In this document: in pieces, positions 18,487 through 26,217 of the stretch
Layout of the letters: each line of letters starts with the position of its first letter
Numbering within the stretch: position 1 is the first letter of the stretch
From: a virus
Strand: one strand, 5' to 3'
Virus record (IMG/VR): IMGVR_UViG_3300021255_001584
Span: 3,526-67,525 of that record
DNA length: 64,000 nt
Program-made: the position numbers and the translations under genes
Notes under the pieces: generated by a model
Told to the model about the DNA's origin: nothing
The model's database searches: none
The model's input: the letters and a program-made list of their open reading frames with translations, nothing else

Positions 18487-18627
18487 TCAAGTTAAGAAAT
18501 CGTTAATAATTTCTTTTATTGTAACCTCTTTGGAATCGCATTCAGTGTAATCTATATATATTTCCTCGTTCTCATCGGAGGCACAAAAGGTCATATCATC
18601 GGTGTCAATAGTTACAGTAATAATCAT
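18487..18627 (-). CDS. 46-aa acidic protein, family D (not in ORF track)
   Basis: MIITVTIDTDD...EIINDFLT; promoter and RBS. Confidence 0.75.
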   Translation of the reverse strand: MIITVTIDTDDMTFCASDENEEIYIDYTECDSKEVTIKEIINDFLT

Positions 18628-18751
18628 TTAACTATTCCCCTTTCGTTTTCTGTATATAGTATATATCATCCACACGCAGAAGTCAAGTTAATTATTAGTT
18701 AAATAGACTGTACGTGCAATCTATTTAACATAGAATTAAAAAGAAGGGTGA

Positions 18752-19153
18752 TTACTCACCCTCCGCAGGCTGGGATACAAGAGCCTTAAATCCCACGGTA
18801 TTAAGGTCTTTTACGACCTTGCGCGCGGCGCGCTTGCGTTCCTTTTCCTTTTCGGCGCGCTCTGCCTTTTCCTTGCGCTTCGCCGCTTTATCTGCGCGGT
18901 CGGCAAGCGTCAACTTCCAATCTTCGGCGGCGGCGTAACCGTCAAAGGGGATGTAACCGCCTTCGCCGTTACGCTCGCCACGCGGAATGCTGACCTTGAT
19001 AACAGCAAACTTTTCGTTGCCCTCGCTGTCCACAACAGGAAGGGCGAGTTCGCTTGCGCTAATCGGGAGAATGTCGCTGATGGGGTTCACGGCGTCAATG
19101 ATGGTCTGAAGGACGCGGTTGCGGATTTCGGTTTCAAGAGATGCTTTACTCAT
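18752..19153 (-). CDS. hypothetical protein, family B
   Basis: Same core, PFD motif, basic tail; start revised. Confidence 0.8.
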   Translation of the reverse strand: MSKASLETEIRNRVLQTIIDAVNPISDILPISASELALPVVDSEGNEKFAVIKVSIPRGERNGEGGYIPFDGYAAAEDWKLTLADRADKAAKRKEKAERAEKEKERKRAARKVVKDLNTVGFKALVSQPAEGE

Positions 19154-19228
19154 GGGCGTTATTCCTTTCTGGTTTGTGGTGTTTTCCTTCACCTTCTGGA
19201 ATTATTATAGCAGATGCGGCGGGAGAAG

Positions 19229-19369
19229 TCAAGTTAAGAAATCGTTAATTATTTCTTCTACTGATATTTCGGAAAGGTTACACGAGGAATAGTCAACAGA
19301 GATTTCTTGATCTTCATCAACCGCCCAAACAGAGTTATCATCAGTGTCAATCGTGATGTTAATAATCAT
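19229..19369 (-). CDS. 46-aa acidic protein, family D (not in ORF track)
   Basis: MIINITIDTDD...EIINDFLT; AAGGAG RBS. Confidence 0.75.
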   Translation of the reverse strand: MIINITIDTDDNSVWAVDEDQEISVDYSSCNLSEISVEEIINDFLT

Positions 19370-19494
19370 TTGACTTTCTCCTTTCACTTTCTATAATTAT
19401 TATAGCACAAATTCCATAAAAAGTCAAGTAAATTTTTTGTTAATTTGAATGAACGTGCAATCTAATTAACATTGAATTTAAGGAAAAGTCGGCT

Positions 19495-19941
19495 TTACGC
19501 CGACTTAACAAACTCTGCCAAAACCTCAAAAATCTGTTCGGGTTCATAGGCCGCGCCGCTTTCCCATGCTTCACGGTTCCGCGCTTCATCATCAAACAGG
19601 AAACCGCCGCCGCACGTTTCCCACTTGTTAGTGCCATAGGGGACGATTTTAATTTCATCCCATTTAACACTCGGCAAGTGGCGCCCAAGCCAAAACATTT
19701 TCGCGCCCGATACAAGCGCGTCATATTCCGGCGTGCTGGATTTTGAAAGCCACGAAATCACGCCGATTTCAAAACCCATTTTTTGCAGGCGATTCAGATA
19801 ACGCGCAAGGCGGGAAAGATTTACAAGCGGGCGGGCGATTTCATAGGGGGTCGGGTCGCTGTCAATCAGCATCGGGAGCCAATTTTCCACGCCGTAAAGG
19901 TCTGCAATCGTGCCGTCCATGTCAAACCAAATCTTTTTCAT
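19495..19941 (-). CDS. HAD-family phosphatase, 5'(3')-nucleotidase-like
   Basis: DMDGT motif I, K..WL, K...LFDD. Confidence 0.8.
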   Translation of the reverse strand: MKKIWFDMDGTIADLYGVENWLPMLIDSDPTPYEIARPLVNLSRLARYLNRLQKMGFEIGVISWLSKSSTPEYDALVSGAKMFWLGRHLPSVKWDEIKIVPYGTNKWETCGGGFLFDDEARNREAWESGAAYEPEQIFEVLAEFVKSA

Positions 19942-20063
19942 TCTGTGTTTTCCCCTTTCGTTTTTCTATATATAGTATATACGAAAAGCAATCAGAAGTC
20001 AAGTTAAGTATTTGTTAACTACATTGTACGTGTATTGTAATTAACATGGAATTAAAGCGGACA

Positions 20064-20273
20064 TTAAGTCCGCTCAACCACCATCAGAACCTCACCAGTT
20101 TCGGAATCGCACACGTCCGCAGTTGTAAAGTTATGCCGAATCAAAACCTCACAGACGTGTTCGGCAATATCATCCATATTATCACAGACGTATTCGCGAA
20201 GATTGAGAGTAGAGTTGTCATAGTAGAATACATCGGCGTGAGTGCTGTAAGTGTGATGAATGTTAATAGCCAT
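20064..20273 (-). CDS. hypothetical protein
   Basis: Single-gene cassette; DSETGEVL C-terminus. Confidence 0.7.
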   Translation of the reverse strand: MAINIHHTYSTHADVFYYDNSTLNLREYVCDNMDDIAEHVCEVLIRHNFTTADVCDSETGEVLMVVERT

Positions 20274-20383
20274 AGTCGGTATCCCCTTTCTTTTTTCTAT
20301 ATATATTATACTCTATTGTTTGAAAGAAGTCAAGTTAATTATTTGTTAATTTGATAGCACGTTGATTATAAATAAAGCGGATT

Positions 20384-20689
20384 TTACATTCCGCTTTGTT
20401 CCTTCCATTCTTTATACTTGTTGTCATAAATAGTGAACCAATGCAGACTGGTTATTGTACGTTCCCATGGTTCAAAACTCTTAATACCTCCATCCCATAA
20501 GCAGTAGAAAAAAATGATTATATGGATAGGAATAAATAACAGAATATAAATTAGCCATTTGACTTTCGCAGTCAGAATGACATCGGCATCATGCTCTATG
20601 GTATAACAGTTACAGCAGTATTTTATAAAAGGATGACGCTGTTTATAATTCATCAGGTAGGCAAAATCTTTGTAGCTAATCTTCTTCAT
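20384..20689 (-). CDS. hypothetical membrane protein
   Basis: Single-gene cassette with hydrophobic segment. Confidence 0.65.
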   Translation of the reverse strand: MKKISYKDFAYLMNYKQRHPFIKYCCNCYTIEHDADVILTAKVKWLIYILLFIPIHIIIFFYCLWDGGIKSFEPWERTITSLHWFTIYDNKYKEWKEQSGM

Positions 20690-21061
20690 AATTAGTAGCC
20701 CCTTTCATTTTCTATATACATTATATCAGCTTTCCAGCTTTGTGTCAAGTTAAGTTTATGTTAACTAGAACAGCTCCCAGCTCCGTGTTAAATTTATGTT
20801 AATTAGAATGCTTCGTGTTAGGCGCTCTCTAATTAACACAACCTTAACAACCGGAACACATCCGGCGATTAACATGAATTTAACAGTAGCTTTACCCAAA
20901 GTCAACACTTCCTTAACTCAGACATAACATTCACCTCTTTCCCTATATTCCACCATAGACTATTATAGCACAAAACCAGACCGTTGGCAAGTTAAATGTT
21001 TGTAAATTAGATTGCACGTGTATTCTAATTAACATAATTTCAATATAAGAAAAGAGGCTGA

Positions 21062-21268
21062 TTACATCAACCTCTTAAAATCTTTGGTAACATCAGTCAT
21101 ACTATGAGTAGACCATACTTCAATGTTGGTATAATGCTGCTTGTGGAGTTCCCAAACAATCTTATTCGCGGCGGCCGTAGTATGTGCGTAAACATGATTC
21201 AGATTGCCCTCAAAAGTGTCATACCAGATAGTGTAAAGCGGAAGATTCATGATGTCTGCCTCCTTCAT
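21062..21268 (-). CDS. hypothetical protein
   Basis: Single-gene cassette; start probably the Met after AAGGAGG. Confidence 0.65.
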   Translation of the reverse strand: MKEADIMNLPLYTIWYDTFEGNLNHVYAHTTAAANKIVWELHKQHYTNIEVWSTHSMTDVTKDFKRLM

Positions 21269-21640
21269 TTGATGGTTTAATTATATACCCAAAGCACTTA
21301 AAAGTCAAGTTAATAGTTAGTAAATTAGAGTAGGCGTTGAATCTAATTAACATTAGTATAATAAAAGCCGCGCGGTTAGCTACTCCGCGCGGTGGGCGTA
21401 AACATCATTGACTTGCCCAAGATCAATGGGGAACGGTTTTCGATCGTAAAGTGGGGTCAGTTCTCCACCGCCAAGTGGTCTGTTGCCCCTTGCATCAGTA
21501 GGGCGGCATCCTATCAACGCTCCTTTCTCCCTTTCGACAAGTCTATTATAGCAAAAAATACGATAGAAGTCAAGTTAAAAGATAGTTAATTAGATTATAC
21601 GTTGTGTCTAATTTACATATGCTTAATAAAAAGTGGAGGA

Positions 21641-21856
21641 TTAATCCTCCACATAGAACCGTGGGTAACGTCCGGTTTCATTGTTGCAATTGTAGAAACA
21701 GAACTCATTGTAGAAGTTATCAAAGTTGCGCCACATCCAACCGGGTTTCATGTGGACTGCGAACTGTGAATCAGGCCGCATGTTTGCGGGAACGATGACA
21801 AAGGGCTTGCCTTCCTTGTACAGTTTGCGTGCGATAGTCTTATTAATCTGTTTCAT
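21641..21856 (-). CDS. conserved small phage protein
   Basis: INK..ARKLY..G ... F.FYNCNNETGRY..FY. Confidence 0.7.
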   Translation of the reverse strand: MKQINKTIARKLYKEGKPFVIVPANMRPDSQFAVHMKPGWMWRNFDNFYNEFCFYNCNNETGRYPRFYVED

Positions 21857-22078
21857 TGAAACGTCCTCACTTTCAGGATATGTATTTCATTCCCCTTGGA
21901 ACAATTATATTATAGCAAATAAAAATGAAATTGTCAATATGAAATTAGGAAACTTAATTTGAAATTAACATAAGTTTTAGGATAGTCATATTGAAATGAA
22001 ATTGCGGAAAGTTAAAGGAAAGTAAAATAGAAATTACGTTGTATGTAATTAACATAGAATTAAAATGAAATTCGAGGA

Positions 22079-22462
22079 TTAATAATCCTCGAAATTTTCC
22101 CAGTTAACGCCACAGTCAAGCGCATGAATCATCTGTGCAAGGATATCGGCATGATGCACGCTAATATCACCGTGGTCCCACGGGAAACCAATGGTCTCCC
22201 ACCGTCCGCAATCATTCCAATCATTTTTTTCAACTTCGGGGTTGTAAAGGCCACTATAGCAAGGACTGCCATAACTTCCACTATGGCAAATAGCGTCGCT
22301 GTTAGGATAGTTTTTGAAGGTGACAACCCAACCATGCTGAAAATGGCTGACCTTATCAATATCAACACTATTCGCGCGACATGCGTTAATAAGGTCAACA
22401 AGGGAATTGATATAAGCGGCGTCGATCTGCTGATTGATGAAAGCAATTTCATTGTTAGTCAT
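22079..22462 (-). CDS. hypothetical protein
   Basis: DAICH.GSYG motif; start revised after GAGAGG. Confidence 0.7.
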   Translation of the reverse strand: MTNNEIAFINQQIDAAYINSLVDLINACRANSVDIDKVSHFQHGWVVTFKNYPNSDAICHSGSYGSPCYSGLYNPEVEKNDWNDCGRWETIGFPWDHGDISVHHADILAQMIHALDCGVNWENFEDY

Positions 22463-22598
22463 AGATGATAACCTCTCTTTCATTTGTTGTATATAGTATA
22501 ACATAATTTTTCTAAGAGGTCAAGTTAAATGATTGTGAAATACAATAAACGTTGTGTGTAATTAACATTAAAATAAAAATAAAACGCGGTTTCCCGCG

Positions 22599-22862
22599 TT
22601 AATCATGCCGAATCAAAATTACATTACTATAATGGGTAAGATATGTGATACCATCAATAGTAACTTGGACGACATCTGACTCGTTAAAATCGCGCCATGA
22701 ATCAATATCGCCGCTAACAACTTCATATGTTGGCGTAAAGACAACGGCTTCATCAAATCGTTGCTTTGTATCAAAGCCAATTTGACGATTACCGACTTGG
22801 CATCCAGTGAGGCACAGACAGGCGAGAACAAACAACATGATAGCAACAACAATCTTCTTCAT
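22599..22862 (-). CDS. putative lipoprotein
   Basis: MKK + hydrophobic stretch + LTGC lipobox. Confidence 0.7.
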   Translation of the reverse strand: MKKIVVAIMLFVLACLCLTGCQVGNRQIGFDTKQRFDEAVVFTPTYEVVSGDIDSWRDFNESDVVQVTIDGITYLTHYSNVILIRHD

Positions 22863-23044
22863 TTTGGGATACCGTTCCTTTCTGTGTTTCTATAGATAGT
22901 ATATCATAATCTTTATGAAATATCAAGTAAAAAATATGTAAAATACATAATACGTCTATTGTAATTAACAAACAATTAACTTGACGTTTTAGGATTTGTA
23001 TGCTATAATATTCTTGAAAGTTAGGAAAGCGAGGTATTTTTGAA

Positions 23045-23233
23045 ATGGAAGTTAAGTGCTATGTCGTTGAATTTAATTCTGCTCTTGATGGCCTGTTTGA
23101 GATTCTGGAAGATCATGGTTTTAATTCTTATAACTATCGACTTAGTAGTATATCTGGATATGTGGAAATTGGTGTTTGGTGTTATCCATACCAAATTCGG
23201 GAACTTGAAGAGATTTTCGCACCGTATGTCTAA
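23045..23233 (+). CDS. hypothetical protein
   Basis: GAGG RBS, promoter, hairpin over stop codon. Confidence 0.65.
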   Translation: MEVKCYVVEFNSALDGLFEILEDHGFNSYNYRLSSISGYVEIGVWCYPYQIRELEEIFAPYV

Positions 23234-23314
23234 CATACGGTTTTATTTTGAAATTATGTTAATTACACTTTACGTGTGATGTAATTAATATTGCGATAAC
23301 ATAAGTTATGGGAT

Positions 23315-23464
23315 TCACTCAAAAGTGAATCCCTGCATCATTTCATTAAAAGTCGGAAATGAAACCGGATCATCGGGATTGGCGAAATTATAATCCCACC
23401 ACATGTAAACCTGTTCCTGATCGGTCAAATCCTCCCATGTGCGAACAGTGTTGTGTTTAGTCAT
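23315..23464 (-). CDS. 49-aa hypothetical protein (not in ORF track)
   Basis: MTKHNTVRTWEDL...GFTFE; single-gene cassette. Confidence 0.6.
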   Translation of the reverse strand: MTKHNTVRTWEDLTDQEQVYMWWDYNFANPDDPVSFPTFNEMMQGFTFE

Positions 23465-23588
23465 TTTAGGACACTCCCCTTTCGTTTGTTTCTGTAATGA
23501 TTATATCATATCAGAAATGAAATGTCAAGTTAAAGGATGGTTAATTACATTCAACGTTGTGTTTAATTAACATAAATTTAAAATGAAA

Positions 23589-23729
23589 TTACGGGAGTAT
23601 TAACTCCCGTACTTTCCATTCCATTCCTGTGCAATGTGTACGCCATTCGGCCGCGGCCTGTGCCTCGTCAAAACGGAAATAACGCGCGCTACCTTGAAAA
23701 CCATTGCAATCAATAACGTAAATCTTCAT
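23589..23729 (-). CDS. 46-aa hypothetical protein (not in ORF track)
   Basis: MKIYVIDCNG...RELILP; single-gene cassette. Confidence 0.6.
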   Translation of the reverse strand: MKIYVIDCNGFQGSARYFRFDEAQAAAEWRTHCTGMEWKVRELILP

Positions 23730-23974
23730 TTTAGGAAATCCCCTTTCTTTTCTGTTCTGTATATATTATAGCAAAATGGAAATGAAATGTCAAGTTAAAG
23801 GATTGTAAAATAGGATTTACGTTTGATGTAATTAACATAAAATTAAAATGAAATTTGACTTTGAAATTAAATTCTGTCTAAATATTGTCATAACATAAAT
23901 TTAATTTTGTACTTGCTATGGTTTCGGGATTGTGGTATAATATAATTACAAAGAAAAAAGGAGTGAATTTCAAA

Positions 23975-24145
23975 ATGAAACGTACTCGTAATAGTTTGTC
24001 TTATAAGATTAAAATGTGGTATTATCGGTTGACTTTTAGGGATATTAAACGCGCCTTAAAAACTGGTTGTTCTTTTGCTTTTGAATTTATAATTGGACTT
24101 TTGGGATTTATTTTATTCTTTATTTTTCCTGCACTATTTCATTAA
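23975..24145 (+). CDS. small membrane protein
   Basis: AAGGAG RBS; hydrophobic C-terminus; start revised. Confidence 0.6.
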   Translation: MKRTRNSLSYKIKMWYYRLTFRDIKRALKTGCSFAFEFIIGLLGFILFFIFPALFH

Positions 24146-24273
24146 AATAAAATGAAATGGGTCTAAGTTTCGGGAATGTAAATAAAGGAATTATAGAAAT
24201 GGGTTAAGTTTTAGAAAATTAAAATAAACGTATTTTGTAATTAACATAAGAATAAACTAGAAGGAAACGGGAT

Positions 24274-24534
24274 TTAACCCCGTTTCCTATTCTTGTAAAA
24301 GCTGGCTTTGTTCTGATTGAAACGGTCGTATGCGCTTACTTGTCTATAACTGTTATATTCTGTTTCGGTGATTTCTTTACCATAGATTGCCATGCGTGTA
24401 TGCTTTACGCTTGGCATCCTGCGCGCCTTGTCACATGCTTCAAGTAGATTGTTCGCCGCGATTGCGAACTTAATTTCAGTGCTATGACCTGTTCCGCAAT
24501 GACCTCTGTGACACATCACCATAAAGTACCTCAT
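24274..24534 (-). CDS. hypothetical basic protein
   Basis: GHCGTG...ARRMPSVKH; single-gene cassette. Confidence 0.7.
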   Translation of the reverse strand: MRYFMVMCHRGHCGTGHSTEIKFAIAANNLLEACDKARRMPSVKHTRMAIYGKEITETEYNSYRQVSAYDRFNQNKASFYKNRKRG

Positions 24535-24671
24535 TGTTAAGTCTCCTTTCGTTTCTTTCTAGGTATATTGTACCAAAAAGTTGAGAAGTTGTCAAGTTAA
24601 GTGTTTGTTAATTACACCTGACGTTGAGTTTAATTAACATAGCAGCTTCCAGCTGCAATGTTAAGTTTATG

Positions 24672-24914
24672 TTAAAAATCGCTTATCGGAAAAACTGCAT
24701 GAGCAGCTACCACTATGCCGCCATATTTTTTAGCAGCTGTGATTGCGCTTTTGTAACTGTTGCAGCTGCGGAATAGCCACCAGCTCCCATCCAGCTCTGA
24801 CCAATGTAGCACTTGCCACGGCTTTTCAAGGGCGTACTCATGGACATTGTACACCTTGAGCATACCTGCGGGCGCCTCAATGGAATTAACATAATCATAA
24901 TTTGGACTTAACAT
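24672..24914 (-). CDS. hypothetical protein
   Basis: AGGAGG RBS; last cassette of the array. Confidence 0.6.
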   Translation of the reverse strand: MLSPNYDYVNSIEAPAGMLKVYNVHEYALEKPWQVLHWSELDGSWWLFRSCNSYKSAITAAKKYGGIVVAAHAVFPISDF

Positions 24915-25234
24915 GGATTTAACCTCCTCTTAACCTACTTTTAACTTACTTAACTTTTCTTTAACATACTTCCATTATCATAAGTATACCATACTTATAT
25001 TAAGGTACAAGCCTAATTATATTATATTTATGTAAAGTCAAGTGTTAAATGTGTGTAAATTAGAAGTGCTGTCTACTCTAATTAACATTGCTTAACATTA
25101 AGTTAGGCTTGCCTAACTCGCGCGCCGGCCGAAGCCGAGGTTAACATAAACTTAACAAAAATTTAACAGCGCGCGAAGCCGAGGTTGGCCGTGACTAACT
25201 GGCGGTGAAAAAAAGAGGGCTCGCGCCCTCTTTA

Positions 25235-25537
25235 TTAGCCCTGCCTGTAGGTGTAATAATCGCATCCACAGCTTGCGGCCTGCCACTCGGCAAGGTCTTC
25301 AGCGCTGACGTCGTAGCGGCCAATTTCGTCCCAATACGCGTCAGCCTTGACGTGAAATATAGCAACTTGCATTGCGTACTTCATGGTCATACCGTTTTCA
25401 GCTTCAATGACGCCGCCATGCTGGCCGTCAAGGTAGATAGTCGCGGAGGGCTTGCCGTTGTTGTAGTTGTAGACGATAGTCGCAATGTGGTTCCCGCTGA
25501 TAACATAGGTGACGATGCCGCAGTTGATGATCTTCAT
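25235..25537 (-). CDS. hypothetical protein (GC-rich operon)
   Basis: AAGGAGG RBS; terminator at 25209-25233. Confidence 0.75.
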   Translation of the reverse strand: MKIINCGIVTYVISGNHIATIVYNYNNGKPSATIYLDGQHGGVIEAENGMTMKYAMQVAIFHVKADAYWDEIGRYDVSAEDLAEWQAASCGCDYYTYRQG

Positions 25538-25593
25538 GATTGTATCCTCCTTTTATTTGGTTGGTTGGGAGGGCTTGCGCCCTCCCGTGTTAA

Positions 25594-25791
25594 TTACAGT
25601 CGCCCCGCACGTTCCTGCATGATGCGGCGGGTATTGCCCTCGGGGATGCAGTAGGTCCAGAAGCGGTTGTGGTTGCGGCGGATGCGGCGACGCTGGCGCA
25701 TTTTGCGCTCAATGTTGCGCCAGGTGTAGCAGTAGTTAACAGGGTCGTTGGGGTTCAGACGGCAAGCCTTATTGATGCGGATGGACTTCAT
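25594..25791 (-). CDS. Arg-rich hypothetical protein (GC-rich operon)
   Basis: AAGGAGG RBS. Confidence 0.7.
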   Translation of the reverse strand: MKSIRINKACRLNPNDPVNYCYTWRNIERKMRQRRRIRRNHNRFWTYCIPEGNTRRIMQERAGRL

Positions 25792-25844
25792 AGTATTTAC
25801 CTCCTTTATTGTCGGTGGGAGGGCTTGCGCCCTCCCTTCGTTGG

Positions 25845-26150
25845 TCAGATGTTCGCGAAGTGATATTCAGCGTAGCAGTTGGTGAAGGTAGTGCCGCAGC
25901 GCAGGTAGGTCATTGCCGTGCGGTAATCCATGCGTTCCGGTACTTGGATAGCGATACCGAACAGCTTGAGTTCGCGCTCATTCCCGTAGGGATTGCCGAA
26001 CCCGTCGGTCACCACGTACTGGTAACCGGAGCCAATGCGCTTGAATCCATAGAGGTTCCAGTTCCAGCGAAGCACGCGCTCAGCGCGCTTGAGAATCTGT
26101 TCAGCTTCCTGCGCGAACATGGTATAGATGATGATGGTATTGTACTTCAT
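25845..26150 (-). CDS. hypothetical protein (GC-rich operon)
   Basis: Start revised to MKYNT after AAAGGGGA. Confidence 0.7.
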   Translation of the reverse strand: MKYNTIIIYTMFAQEAEQILKRAERVLRWNWNLYGFKRIGSGYQYVVTDGFGNPYGNERELKLFGIAIQVPERMDYRTAMTYLRCGTTFTNCYAEYHFANI

Positions 26151-26217
26151 GATTATATCCCCTTTCAATATCGTTGGTTGATGTGGCAGGGGCTTGCGCC
26201 CCTGCCGTGGTCGGTTG

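Larger units (their letters stand above)
6856..25086. repeat. array of 34 dispersed 32-bp palindromic sites delimiting gene cassettes
   Basis: Consensus GTWAATTAGA-N4-ACGT-N4-TRTAATTAAC. Starts: 6856, 7463, 8021, 8837, 9271, 10098, 10643, 11107, 12069, 12733, 13299, 13638, 14417, 15293, 16492, 17249, 18006, 18698, 19439, 20014, 20345, 20798 (40-bp variant), 21002, 21320, 21585, 22022, 22535, 22938, 23258, 23540, 23805, 24214, 24607, 25055. Confidence 0.95.

Noticed and set aside
6856-25086. CRISPR array interpretation of the 32-bp repeats
   Set aside because: Intervals are 0.2-1.2 kb functional genes, the repeats are degenerate, and no cas genes are present
6856-25086. Classical integron with attC sites
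   Set aside because: No IntI seen. Sites run GTT...AAC rather than RYYYAAC...GTTRRRY and are fixed-length, and cassettes carry their own promoters in both orientations.
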